A DNA stretch of 64,000 nucleotides from Sulfurimonas sp. GTDB lineage: Bacteria; Campylobacterota; Campylobacteria; Campylobacterales; Sulfurimonadaceae. The position numbers and the translations under genes are program-made. Below the pieces are notes generated by a model, which saw only the letters and a list, made by a program, of their open reading frames with translations, made no database searches and was not told the origin of the DNA. Below, piece by piece: positions 11,520 through 22,933 of this stretch. Location: assembly GCA_030949945.1 (NCBI GenBank), contig JAUZRZ010000057.1, forward strand, positions 8,612-72,611, written 5' to 3'. Each line of letters opens with the position of its first letter. The first letter of the stretch is position 1.

Positions 11520-11538
11520 GAAAATTTCGTAACATCAG
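11425..11538 (+). mobile_element. MITE-like repeat, best-conserved copy (114 bp)
   Basis: Perfect 11-bp terminal inverted repeats CTGATGTTACG...CGTAACATCAG enclosing internal hairpins. Confidence 0.9.
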
Positions 11539-11603
11539 TTATTAACTATTAGCTATTAGCTATATTTTAGTATAATATTTTAAATTTTCCAAAAGTGACT
11601 CTA

Positions 11604-12662
11604 ATGATAAACTACTCAGCAATTAAACCTCTTCTTTTTAAATTAGAACCAGAAACAGCTCACCATTTAGCGGAGTGGACTCTGCGTTTACCTAATATCT
11701 GCCAAATTCCATTTAACTTCTTTTTAGAATCACACTTTGTTAGTGACCCTATTTTAAATCAAGAAATTTTTGGTCGTACTTTTTTAAATCCTATTGGGCT
11801 TGGTGCTGGTTTTGATAAAAATGCAACTATGATTCGTGGTATGCAAGTTTTAGGATTTGGTTTTACTGAGATTGGTACTGTTACACCAAAACCTCAAGTT
11901 GGAAACCCTAAACCTCGTATGTTTCGCCATATCCAAGAAGAGACTATCCAAAATGCTATGGGTTTTAACAACGAGGGAGCACTTAAGGTTATCAAACGCC
12001 TCAAACAGCGTTTTCCTTTTACATCGCCAATTGGAATAAACATAGGAAAAAATAAACTCACTCCTGAGAGTGAAGCTATAAATGACTACACACACCTTAT
12101 AAAAGCTTTTGATGGTTTAGGTGACTACTTTGTTATAAACATCTCTTCACCAAACACACCAGGACTTCGTGACTTACAAAATGAAGCTTTTATTGGAGCA
12201 CTTTTTAAAGAAGCTAAAGCACTTACAGATATGCCCATCTTACTCAAAATTGCCCCAGATATGGAGATAGATGATGCAGTGGCACTCACAAAAATGGCTG
12301 TAGATAAAGGGGCTGATGGGATTATCGCTACAAATACAACCATAGACTACTCGCTTGTAAAAAACCCTAAGACAATAGGTGGACTGAGTGGTGCAGTCTT
12401 AAAAGAGAAAAGTTTTAAAATCTTTGAAGCTATTGCTAAAGAGTTGTATGGTAAAACTATTTTGATTTCTGTTGGTGGAATTGACTCTGCTGAGGAAGCC
12501 TACAAACGCATAAAAGCAGGGGCAAATCTAGTTCAAATTCTAAGTGGACTTATTTTTCATGGTCCTGATATGATTATGAACATCAACAAAGAACTTATAG
12601 AGCTACTCAAAGCAGATGGATATGACAATATTACTCAAGCTATCGGTGCGGATAGAACATAA
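11604..12662 (+). CDS. pyrD: Quinone-dependent dihydroorotate dehydrogenase
   Basis: GLGAGFDKN, GNPKPRMFR, NISSPNTPGLR and GGLSG motifs. Confidence 0.97.
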   Translation: MINYSAIKPLLFKLEPETAHHLAEWTLRLPNICQIPFNFFLESHFVSDPILNQEIFGRTFLNPIGLGAGFDKNATMIRGMQVLGFGFTEIGTVTPKPQVGNPKPRMFRHIQEETIQNAMGFNNEGALKVIKRLKQRFPFTSPIGINIGKNKLTPESEAINDYTHLIKAFDGLGDYFVINISSPNTPGLRDLQNEAFIGALFKEAKALTDMPILLKIAPDMEIDDAVALTKMAVDKGADGIIATNTTIDYSLVKNPKTIGGLSGAVLKEKSFKIFEAIAKELYGKTILISVGGIDSAEEAYKRIKAGANLVQILSGLIFHGPDMIMNINKELIELLKADGYDNITQAIGADRT

Positions 12663-12663
12663 T

Positions 12664-14038
12664 ATGAAAATTATAAGCACACTCATTCTTAGTAGTTCTT
12701 TAATGCTAGTAGCATCTTCTATAGACCATACTAAAGATATAATAAACGATAAAAATAAACAAATAAGAGAGAAAATAAAAATGCCTTCACCGCTTCCTAG
12801 TTACGAGACAAAAACACTTAAAAATGGACTTCAGATAGTTGTAATTCCACTACATAATCAAACAAATGTAATCAGTACTGACATTTTCTACAAGGTAGGA
12901 AGTCGTAATGAAGTTATGGGCAAAACTGGAATCGCTCATATGTTAGAGCATATGAACTTTAAAAGTACTAAAAACTTACCTGCTGGAGAGTTTGACAAAC
13001 AAGTCAAAAGCATAGGTGGAGTCAACAATGCTTCTACTAGTTTTGACTTACACACATTACTATATCAAGTCAAGTAGTGACAACCTCAAAAAGTCTGTAA
13101 ACCTATATGCAGAGCTTATGCAAAACCTGACTCTCAAAGATGAAGAATTTCAACCAGAACGCGATGTAGTAACAGAAGAGCGTCGCTGGAGAACAGATAA
13201 CAATCCACTAGGCTACTTATACTTTAGACTCTTTAATAATGCCTTTCTTTACCACCCATACCACTGGACACCAATTGGTTTTATTAATGATATTCGTACT
13301 TGGAGTATTGACGACATTCGTGATTTTCATAAAACTTACTACCAACCAAACAATGCCATCTTAATCGTAACTGGTGATGTTGAGCCAAAAGAGGTATTTA
13401 AACGTGCTAAAAAAGCTTTTGGTGAGATAAAAAACCATGGAGATATTCCAAAAGTTAAGTTTATAGAACCAGAACAAGATGGTGCAAAAAGAGTAATGCT
13501 TCATAAAGATACAGAAGTTGAAATGATAGCTATCACTTTTCATATCCCAGACTTTAAAGATAAAGACCAAGTAACTCTTAGCGTTATAAGTGAGATACTA
13601 TTTTCAGGAAAAAGTTCACGTCTATACAAAGAGCTTGTAGATAAAAAAAGAATGGTAAATAGTGTTTATGCTTATAATATGGAAAACATCGACCCTAGTC
13701 TCTTTATCTTTATGGCTACATGTAACCCTGGTGTATCAGCAGAGGATGTAGAAAAAGAGCTTATCAAACAGATAGAGCTGATGAAAGAGACAAAAGTTAC
13801 ACAAGAAGAGTTAGAGAAGGTAAAGATAAATACAAAATCTGATTTTATACACTCTTTAGAGAGTGCATCAAGTGTAGCAAACCTTTATGGGTCATACCTA
13901 GTTCGTGGAGATATGGCACCACTTATGAGCTATGAAGAAGATGTCAATAAAATAACTGCAAAAAAAGTTCAAAATGTTGCAAACAAATACTTTAACTTTG
14001 ACAAATCAACAACAGTTATTTTAAAAAAGCATCAATAG
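12664..14038 (+). CDS. M16 family zinc peptidase (one frameshift near 13045)
   Basis: AHMLEHMNFK (inverted HxxEH) and ERDVVTEERR; two overlapping ORFs. Confidence 0.9.
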
Positions 14039-14043
14039 TTTTA

Positions 14044-15132
14044 TCAAATGCAAACCTTATTGCGACCTTCATCCTTAGCCTTATATAAGGCTTTGTCGGC
14101 GCGCTTAAATATTTCACTAACATGAGTATCTTTACTATCAATCATCGCAAGACCTATGCTTGTTCTAATTGTAATACTATCTGATGTAATATAAACCTCT
14201 TTTCTTGCAACTTCTTGACAAATCATTTGTGCAACTCTTATAGCATCTTTTTTATTGGTGTCTTGAAGTAGTATCGCAAACTCCTCTCCTCCAATACGTG
14301 CAAAAACATCTTTTTGTTTTAATAATAATTTTATTATATAAGTAAAAGAGATAAGTATTTCATCACCAGATGGACGACCATATTTATCATTTATTTTTTT
14401 TAAATGATCTAAATCTAACACTAAAAGTGCAAAACTTTTTTGGCTGACTTGGAAGTTGAGAAAATATTCACTGATTGTTTTATCAAACAGTCGTTTATTC
14501 ATCAAGCCTGTTAAAAAATCTGTTGAGGAGAGTAACTTAAGATTCTCATTTTTTTTATAAAGTATGCTTTGATACTCAGTAATTTTATTTGTATAGATAA
14601 ATGATAAAAGACTTCCTATAACAAGACCTAAAACAGCCGAATTAATTGCTAATTCTGAGAGTCCTAAATCAAAAAAATAGTTTTCTAACAAAATGACTAA
14701 TAGTGATGCAATGGTATAGACCACACCATACAAACTACCTGCCAAGATATATGCAATAAATACTAAGAGGTAAAACCAAATAATTCTAAATTCATCTTCA
14801 ACAACAAAAAAGAGTGCTGATGCAAAGGTAATAAGGGAAGAGAATAATATTATTTGTGTTGCTACTACTAGGTTTTCTTTTGAAAGTCTTAAGTACCCTA
14901 TACTTAGCATAGCAAAACATGCATATACATAATTCACATTTGTATGTATTTCACTTATTTCATTAATTCCCAAGTCACTTAAAATAGCAAAAATCAAACT
15001 AAACACTATAATAACAAGTGCAATTAAATTAATAACTTTAAACTTAAATCTTAAAAAATCATCATTATCTGTAAACTCAGAACCACTCAGTAAAAAACTC
15101 TCAAACATATTTTGCCTTCTGTCATATAACAA
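14044..15132 (-). CDS. Membrane-bound diguanylate cyclase (GGDEF)
   Basis: Several transmembrane helices, then DFLTGLMNKR, ARIGGEEF and RADKALYKAK. Confidence 0.9.
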   Translation of the reverse strand: MLYDRRQNMFESFLLSGSEFTDNDDFLRFKFKVINLIALVIIVFSLIFAILSDLGINEISEIHTNVNYVYACFAMLSIGYLRLSKENLVVATQIILFSSLITFASALFFVVEDEFRIIWFYLLVFIAYILAGSLYGVVYTIASLLVILLENYFFDLGLSELAINSAVLGLVIGSLLSFIYTNKITEYQSILYKKNENLKLLSSTDFLTGLMNKRLFDKTISEYFLNFQVSQKSFALLVLDLDHLKKINDKYGRPSGDEILISFTYIIKLLLKQKDVFARIGGEEFAILLQDTNKKDAIRVAQMICQEVARKEVYITSDSITIRTSIGLAMIDSKDTHVSEIFKRADKALYKAKDEGRNKVCI

Positions 15133-15341
15133 ATACTATTAGACAAAAGCTTAAAAAGTATTGAATTCATCCCTAAAAAGTAATCTTCTAAGATTAGTTA
15201 ATATTATAAAACCCACAAGAACTATAATCAATTTTAAAGACTTAAAATAGGGATATTTCCATCCAATAGCAATATTTATAATCAATACAAATTATTTAGC
15301 TATAATTATATCTATATAAAAACATCAAAAGGTCACAAATT

Positions 15342-16236
15342 ATGGATTTAGTTACAGGTTCTTCAACCGCACTTATAACACCTTTTAAAAATGGTAAATT
15401 AGACGAGCAGACTTATGCTGCACTTATCACTAGACAAATTAACAACGGTATGAATGCTGTTTGTCCTGTTGGAACAACAGGAGAGAGTGCTACTCTTACT
15501 CACGATGAACATAAACGCTGCATAGAGATAGCAGTAGAGGTTTGTAAAGGTACACAAACAAAAGTTTTAGCAGGTGCTGGTTCAAATGCAACACATGAAG
15601 CTATAGAGATAGCAAAACATGCACAGAGTGCTGGTGTGGATGCTATCTTCTCCGTTAGCCCTTACTATAACAAACCTTCGCAAGAGGGTCTCTATCAACA
15701 CTACAAAGCTATAGCAGAGGCTGTAAGTGAACTACCATTTATGCTCTACAATGTCCCAGGACGTACTGGTGTTGACATCTCAGCTGATACAACTATCAGA
15801 CTTTTTGATGAGATAAAAAATATCTATGGTGTAAAAGAGGCTACAGGTTCATTAGAGAGAACAGTTGAGCTTCTTTCTCGTCGTCCTGAGCTTAAAGTAT
15901 TTTCTGGTGATGATGCAATAGATTACCCAATACTTGCAAATGGTGGAGCAGGAATCACTTCTGTAACATCAAACCTCATGCCTGACTTGAAAATCAGAAC
16001 TCGTGCGTTTAGCATTAGCGGGTGACTTCACAGGTGCAAAAGCTATAAATGACAAACTCTATCCACTTAACTCAGTAATGTTTTGTGAATCAAACCCTAT
16101 TCCTGTAAAAGCAGCAATGTATATCGCAGGCTTGACTTCGACTTTAGAGTACAGACTTCCTCTTGTAGCTCCAAGTGTAGAAAACATGAAAAAGATTGAA
16201 GAAGTAATGAAAAATTACGACATTAAAGGATTATAA
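15342..16236 (+). CDS. dapA: 4-hydroxy-tetrahydrodipicolinate synthase (frameshift near 15990)
   Basis: [28 protein letters not shown] and ESNPIPVK motifs. Confidence 0.95.
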
Positions 16237-16239
16237 TAG

Positions 16240-17018
16240 ATGCAAGATTTTAAAGGTAAAGGTTTTATTTATTAGTGGTGGTACTCGTGGTATCGGTAAG
16301 GCAATGGTTTACGAGTTTGCCTCAAAAGGGTGTGATGTTGCGTTTACTTATGCTTCAAATGAAGATATAGCAAAAGAGATTATCGCTGATGTAGAGTCTA
16401 AATATGGTGTAAAATCTCGTGCTTACAAGCTCAATATTATGGAACCTTTGACTTACAAAGATGTTTATAAAGAGTTTGATGAGGATTTTGATAGACTTGA
16501 CTTTTTCATCTCAAATGCGATTATCTCTGGTCGTGCTGTTGTTGGTGGTTTTGCTCCATTTATGCGTCTTAAACCAAAAGGTCTTGGTAATATCTACACA
16601 GCAACTGTTGAAGCCTTTGTTGTAGGTGCTCAAGAAGCTGCAAAACGTATGGAACTTACAGGTGGTGGAAGTATCATCTCTATGAGTTCTACTGGTAACC
16701 TAGTCTATACTCCAAACTATGCAGGACATGCAACAAATAAAGCTGCAGTTGAGAACTATGGTAAAATATGCAGCGGCAGAACTTGGTGAAAAAGGTATAA
16801 GAGTAAACGCAGTGTCTGGTGGACCTATAGATACTGATGCACTTAAAGCTTTTCCTAACTATGAAGAGGTAAAAGCAGAGGTTGTAAAACGTTCTCCACT
16901 TTCTCGTATGGGTGATGCAACTGACTTAACTGGAGCTTGTTCTTTTCTTTGTTCAGATGCTGCATCGTGGTTAACAGGTCAAACAATAGTAATAGATGGT
17001 GCTACCTCTTTTCAATAA
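16240..17018 (+). CDS. Short-chain dehydrogenase, enoyl-ACP reductase FabL-like (two frameshifts)
   Basis: ISGGTRGIG, YAGHATNK, RVNAVSGGPIDTDAL and GQTIVIDG motifs. Confidence 0.88.
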
Positions 17019-17055
17019 AGAGATGGCTTATATACAAAATTAAAAGGAAAAAATA

Positions 17056-17502
17056 ATGAAAAGAAGAGAAGCAATTAAAATCACAGCACTAGCTACACTA
17101 GGTATGGCAGTTTCAGCTGAGGCATGTGTAGGAAAACAAACTTGTCAGACTGATACAAGTAAAAACCGTATTATGATGAAACCAAAAGATGCAAAAAATC
17201 TTACTAAAGGTGAACTCAAACACACACCACAAATCACACTTGGCTCTAAAGATGCAAATGGTTATACTTTAGTAGAGATTACAGTTGGTCAAGGTGGTAT
17301 TATCCATCCTAGTACAAAAGGACATTGGATTGACTTTATCTCTTTGTATGTAGATAAAAAACTTGTAGGAACAACAGAACTTGAAGCTGAAATTTCTCGT
17401 GGAGCAGCTGCGTTTAGAGTTAAACTTGATGGTGCTAAATATATAACATCAAATGCAGGATGTAACCTTCATGGTATCTGGACTAGTACTATAGAACTCT
17501 AA
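17056..17502 (+). CDS. Tat-exported desulfoferrodoxin/neelaredoxin-type superoxide-reductase-like protein
   Basis: MKRREAIK twin-arginine signal; iron-ligand pattern KHTP, HP, HWI, CNLHG. Confidence 0.85.
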   Translation: MKRREAIKITALATLGMAVSAEACVGKQTCQTDTSKNRIMMKPKDAKNLTKGELKHTPQITLGSKDANGYTLVEITVGQGGIIHPSTKGHWIDFISLYVDKKLVGTTELEAEISRGAAAFRVKLDGAKYITSNAGCNLHGIWTSTIEL

Positions 17503-17509
17503 GATAGGA

Positions 17510-18067
17510 TTGTTATTGCTTAATTTACCTAATGCTCTTGCATCCATTCGGATACTGCTTGCTCCACTTATGTTTTGGATTATTCTAACACCTGAGTTGT
17601 TTACAGATAATGGTTTTGATATAAGTTGGAACTACTATTTTGCTTCACTTCTTTTTGTGTTAGCAAGTGCTACAGACTTTTTTGATGGCTATATCGCAAG
17701 AGAGTGGAATCAAATGACAATGCTCGGAGCAATTTTAGACCCTCTAGCTGATAAAATGCTTACTTTAGCTGCGTTTCTTGGTCTTATGATGGTGGGAGAG
17801 GCTTCAGTTTGGGCTATCTACATCATCATAGTTCGAGAACTTTTTATCACAGGCATACGAACTGTTGCTGTAAGTGAAGGCTTAAGTGTAAAAGCTTCAT
17901 GGGCTGGAAAAGTAAAAACAGTTGCACAGATGATAGCTATAGGCTTTTTACTTATGCGATGGCCATTTGGAGATGTTCTTTTATGGTTTAGTGTATTTTT
18001 AACACTCTACTCTGGTTTAGAGTACTTATGGGGCTTTAAAAATGCTCTTTTAAAGGATGAAAATTAA
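17510..18067 (+). CDS. pgsA: CDP-diacylglycerol--glycerol-3-phosphate 3-phosphatidyltransferase
   Basis: TDFFDGYIAR..GAILDPLADK motif. Confidence 0.96.
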   Translation: MLLLNLPNALASIRILLAPLMFWIILTPELFTDNGFDISWNYYFASLLFVLASATDFFDGYIAREWNQMTMLGAILDPLADKMLTLAAFLGLMMVGEASVWAIYIIIVRELFITGIRTVAVSEGLSVKASWAGKVKTVAQMIAIGFLLMRWPFGDVLLWFSVFLTLYSGLEYLWGFKNALLKDEN

Positions 18068-19119
18068 TGGGAATTTTTGTATCGATTTTAGTTCTTAGTG
18101 GACTTATATTTTTCCATGAACTCGGTCACTATATCGCTGCTCGTATGATGGGTGTATATGTTGAAGTTTTTAGTATAGGTTTTGGTAAAAAACTTTTTTC
18201 TTTTAGAAAATGGAACACTGAGTGGGCTATAGCTGCTATTCCTCTTGGTGGTTATGTTCGTATGAAAGGTCAAGATGATAGTGACCCTACTAAAAAAAGT
18301 TTTGATGATGATAGTTATAATGTAAAAACACCTACTCAAAAGATATTTATTCTCTTAGCTGGACCTGCGTTTAACTTTATCATCGCATTTGTACTCTACT
18401 TTTTTATAGCTCTAGGAAGTCCTCAGATACTCTCCCCTGTCATAGGTCAAGTACTCAAAGATTCTCCTGCGTTTAAAGCTGGACTTGATGCAAATGATAC
18501 GGTCACAGCTATTAATGGTATAGCTATTAGCTCTTGGAAAGAGATGGCAGAGATTATCTCACATGCTGAGGGAACACTCACAGTCGAGATACAAAGAGAT
18601 GGATTTATCCAGTACAAAGAGCTCACTCCTAAACTCCGTGAGACAAAAAACTTGTTTGGTGAGAGTGTACAAAAGAAGATGATAGGTATTGCCTCAGCAG
18701 GTATTACACATCCACTTGAGCTTAGTTTAGGTGAGACACTCTCTTATGCAGGTGAACAGACTCTATTTGCTAGTACTATGATATTTACCGGTGTACAGAA
18801 GCTTATACTCGGTGATGTTCCCCCAACAGAGTTGGGTGGAGTTATCAGCATAGTAAAACTTACATCAGATGCTACAGATGCAGGCTGGATGAGTGTCCTC
18901 TTTTTTGCAGCACTTATAAGTGTGAACCTAGGAGTACTCAACCTACTCCCAATTCCTGCACTTGATGGTGGGCACATCATGTTTAACCTTTATGAGTTAA
19001 TCTTTCGCCGAGAAGCGAGTGAAGCTGTTATGATTAAGTTTACTATAGCTGGATGGGTACTACTTTTTGGTCTCATGGGGCTTGGACTCTTTAATGACAT
19101 AAACCGCTTACTAAGTTAA
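18067..19119 (+). CDS. rseP: RIP metalloprotease RseP
   Basis: HELGH, PDZ domain and NLLPIPALDGG. Confidence 0.96.
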   Translation: MGIFVSILVLSGLIFFHELGHYIAARMMGVYVEVFSIGFGKKLFSFRKWNTEWAIAAIPLGGYVRMKGQDDSDPTKKSFDDDSYNVKTPTQKIFILLAGPAFNFIIAFVLYFFIALGSPQILSPVIGQVLKDSPAFKAGLDANDTVTAINGIAISSWKEMAEIISHAEGTLTVEIQRDGFIQYKELTPKLRETKNLFGESVQKKMIGIASAGITHPLELSLGETLSYAGEQTLFASTMIFTGVQKLILGDVPPTELGGVISIVKLTSDATDAGWMSVLFFAALISVNLGVLNLLPIPALDGGHIMFNLYELIFRREASEAVMIKFTIAGWVLLFGLMGLGLFNDINRLLS

Positions 19120-19145
19120 GTAGATTTTGATATACGAGGATAAAA

Positions 19146-19817
19146 ATGACAAATATTGAACATAAACTTTATATAGATACTGTAATAAGAAGAGTTGAAA
19201 CTGCTAGATTAAAAGTGAGTGGACACCATATAGTAAAAATTGTAGCTGTTAGCAAATACTCTACTGCACAAGATATAGAATCCCTTTACAGTATCGGTCA
19301 ACGTGCTTTTGGTGAAAACAAAGTTCAAGATTTAAAATCTAAGTCCATAGAACTCGATGAGTACCCACTAGAGTGGCACTTCATAGGTAACCTTCAAAAA
19401 AACAAGATAAACAACTTACTAGATATAGACCCTACCCTATTTCAAGCTCTAGATTCTTTAGAGTTAGCCTATGAGCTACAGAAGAAACTAGCAGCTAAAG
19501 ATATGACACTTGATTGTTTAATGCAGATAAACTCAGCCAAAGAAGAGTCTAAACATGGGTTTATGCCCCAAGATGCTAAAGAGTCTTATCTTACTATGAT
19601 AGAAAAATGTCCAAATATAAAACTCAAAGGTGTTATGAGTATCGGTGCTCATTCAGAGGATAAAGAGACTATTAAAAAAAGTTTTGAGACAACTTACAGT
19701 ATCTACAAAGAACTCCCAAATGCAACTATCTGTTCTATGGGTATGAGTGACGATTTTGAGATGGCTATCGAGTGTGGATCTAACATGGTTAGACTCGGCT
19801 CTATAATGTTTAAATAA
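19146..19817 (+). CDS. yggS: PLP homeostasis protein YggS
   Basis: VAVSK, FGENKVQ, WHFIGNLQKNK and SMGMSDDF motifs. Confidence 0.96.
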   Translation: MTNIEHKLYIDTVIRRVETARLKVSGHHIVKIVAVSKYSTAQDIESLYSIGQRAFGENKVQDLKSKSIELDEYPLEWHFIGNLQKNKINNLLDIDPTLFQALDSLELAYELQKKLAAKDMTLDCLMQINSAKEESKHGFMPQDAKESYLTMIEKCPNIKLKGVMSIGAHSEDKETIKKSFETTYSIYKELPNATICSMGMSDDFEMAIECGSNMVRLGSIMFK

Positions 19818-19823
19818 AAGAGT

Positions 19824-20947
19824 TTACTTCACTTTAAGTGAAAACTCTTCTCCCCCTTTCATATATACCCGTCCATAAGTAACTTTGTCATTCTTGTATG
19901 ATATAACAAGATCAAGACAAGAAATTTCTTTTTTTCCATTGACAAAAACTCTATAAAGAATTCCTTTTTTACCACGATATGTATTGACCGTGGTTTGTAG
20001 GTAAAGTGTTGTTTTGTCTTTTTTCTTAAATGTAAGTAGTGGATTACCTATAGGTAGTTTTCCATCTTCATAGATATACATAGAAGATACTTCAAGCTCA
20101 TTATCTAAAAAATGTTGCAGCAATCTTTCTATCATAAAAAGTAGACATAAACTCATCTCTTTTAGCACTACTAATAGACTTATGTTTTATTTTCAAAGGC
20201 TTATCATCTTTACAACTCATAGTAAACTTTTTTGCTAACTCAAGTCTTCCAAAGTATATCCAACCTGTATCTGCTTCACCCGTATATGTAGATACACTTG
20301 TCTCTTTTTGATTATGTTTTGTTTTTTGTACTTTTCTTGTTTGTTTTTTATGTTTTTTTTGAAAAGTTTTTCTCTTCTTTTTGCTTTACAAATAGTGAAT
20401 ATTTTTTAGTATCTACTTTAAAGTTTTTAGGGCGAAGTTTTATAACAACTCTTCTATTGTGAAGATTTGACTTTACTTCTTCATCATCATAAATCAGTTT
20501 TGTTTCCCCATACCCTTTATAATAAACTTTAGAGTACTTATACTCTTTATAGTAGAGTGAAGATGCAATATGTTTAGCCCTTTTTATAGATATGGCAAGG
20601 TTCTTTTTATATGAGCCGGCTTTATCAGTATGCACTTCAATAAAAATATTTCTCTTATCTTTAAGTCCTGTTTTTCTTAAAAAACTATCTATTTGAGTTT
20701 TACAGCTTTTTACTAAACTGATACTTCCTGTTTTAAAACACTCCCTAAAAACTCTAGTTGTAGTGTTTTCTTCTGTAATATTTTCCCTATTATAGTTTGC
20801 TACTTTTTTCTTGCTAGTCACTTGAGCATCGCTACTAGAGAGTTTTGCAGTTACAAGCTTTTTCTCTTGTACTATTGGTTTAACTTCCTCAGAAGCACAC
20901 CCAAAAAATAATAAAATTATAATAAATGTGAGTAAATAAATTTTCAT
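19824..20947 (-). CDS. Lipoprotein with OmpA C-like domain plus an unknown C-terminal domain (indels near 20355 and 20105)
   Basis: Lipobox FFGC; HTD..G..KNLAISIKRA..GYGE..NRRV; reading continues across frames to 19824. Confidence 0.65.
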
Positions 20948-20964
20948 AAGAATAATTTTACCTT

Positions 20965-21621
20965 TTAAATCTTAAGATGGCGTTTAAAACGCACAGCATG
21001 ACTGAGAGGATTTGATATAAGCTCTTTTTGATACTCAATCATCTTAAAAAAAGGTCGTAAAAAACCTTTGAGTTCTTCTTCTTTGAGACTCTCTATCTTA
21101 TGTTTATTAAGTAATTCTAAAACCACAAGTGTTGACTCTATTGTTGAGAGATATGCATCATCTGGCTGCGTTTTTATCTCATAGGCTGAAGTTCTGCTTG
21201 TTTTAAAACTCATATGTTTTAAGGTATTAAGATTTGTACTCTGTGTAAACATCTTTTTAGTACAAGCCCAAGTTGAGTCAATTAGAAAAATTGCCAAAGG
21301 TTTAGAACTTTTTTTTGGTTTTTTATCACTAAGGTTGAGTGCATCTACTGAGGGGAAAAGTATGTAGCTCTCATGTGTGGCTATAATTTCATTGATGCGT
21401 TTATGCTCAGAGAAGTCTATGCCAATAAAGAGTTCAGAATTCTCAAGGCTTTTATGTGTAAAGTGACCTGTATTGTTTTTGACTTTTTTGAACTCTTTTG
21501 GATGCATAAGTACGACAAACTTAGTCTGCGTTTGTATATGCTCAAAATGCTCACACATACACGAGCTTTTGGGTCTAAAACACTCATAACACTTCTCTCT
21601 ATCACCATAATATGTTTTCAT
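20965..21621 (-). CDS. DTW-domain tRNA-uridine aminocarboxypropyltransferase (TapT-like)
   Basis: CxxC..CxC, LMHPKE, NTG, IDSTW and LSTIE motifs. Confidence 0.9.
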   Translation of the reverse strand: MKTYYGDREKCYECFRPKSSCMCEHFEHIQTQTKFVVLMHPKEFKKVKNNTGHFTHKSLENSELFIGIDFSEHKRINEIIATHESYILFPSVDALNLSDKKPKKSSKPLAIFLIDSTWACTKKMFTQSTNLNTLKHMSFKTSRTSAYEIKTQPDDAYLSTIESTLVVLELLNKHKIESLKEEELKGFLRPFFKMIEYQKELISNPLSHAVRFKRHLKI

Positions 21622-21647
21622 TATAGAAATTATAGTAAAATAAACTT

Positions 21648-22887
21648 ATGAATGAAGAAAAATATGACCTTATCGTTGTTGGAAGTGGTGCTGCTGGAAT
21701 TATATCGGCTATAGTCGCTGCTCGTGAGGGAAAAAATGTTTTACTTCTAGAAAAGCTCTCAAATATATCCTCTAAACTCAAAGCCACAGGTGGTGGTCGA
21801 TGCAACCTTACTAACACCCTCTCAAATGAAGACTTTATGGCTCGTTTTGGTCGAGATGGGCGTTTTATGCAAGATGCTCTCAAAGAGTTCGACAACAAAG
21901 AGCTTGTAAAGTTTATGGATGAGATAGGGGTAGAGACACATGCTCCTGATGGTTTTCGCATCTTTCCCACTTCTCACTCATCTGCAACTATTATAGCAGG
22001 GCTTCAAAAAGAGATGGATAGAGTCGGCATTAAAGATTTTAACAAACCAAAAAGTACAAAGACTACTGCTTATAGGCAAGTCTATATCTGGTGTTAAAAC
22101 GCAAGATGACATCTTCTATGCTCCACATGTCATAGTTGCAACTGGAGGGCTTGGATACCCTGTACTTGGTGCTGAGGGTGATGGTTATAATTTAGCAGGA
22201 GAGTTAGGACATAAGATAACAGAACTGAGTCCTGCGATGATGCCCTTAAAAACAAAAGAGACTTGGGTTAGTGAGTGTAGAGCAGATACCATAGCAAAAG
22301 TAGAACTTCGAGTTGACCTTAAAAAGCATAAAAAGCTTCGAGCAAAAGGGGATTTGATTTTTACAAAAACGGGAATACGTGGTCCTGTTGTCCTAGACTT
22401 TGCAAGAGAAGTCACACCACTTTTAAAAAAATACGGTGAAGTGCCTCTACTTCTGAACCTCACAAAAGGGAGAAATGAAGAGGAGATAACAAAACACCTC
22501 AAAGAATCTGCACTGCAAAACACAAGTGCAAACATAGTAGATCTAGTAAGTACCCTACTCCCAAAAGCACTCAGTTTAGAACTCTGTAAAATGGCAGAGT
22601 GTGACTTAGACAAAACACTAAGCAAACAAGCAGGAAACACAAGAGCAAAACTCATCTCACTCCTAACATGGACTCCACTCACAGTAAACGGACACGATGG
22701 ATTTCGCCTCGCCATGATAACAAGAGGAGGCATCAGCCTCAAAGAGATAGACCCAAAAACAATGCGAAGTAAACTGGTAAATGGTCTCTACTTTTGTGGT
22801 GAAATAATGAACCTAGATGGTCCATGTGGAGGCTACAACCTACAGTGGAGTTTTGCTAGTGGCTACTTGGCTGGGAAATTGCTTTAA
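21648..22887 (+). CDS. HI0933/YhiN-family flavoprotein (frameshift near 22035)
   Basis: GSGAAG, TGGGRCNLTN, ITRGGI and GGYNLQWSFASG motifs. Confidence 0.92.
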
Positions 22888-22933
22888 TCATATATTTTTG
22901 TATAATGCCTACATTTAATCCCAAGGAATATTA

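Noticed and set aside
22185-22742. 185 aa antisense ORF and A/C-rich stretch
   Set aside because: It is a shadow of the flavoprotein gene caused by codon bias and shows no recognisable motifs.
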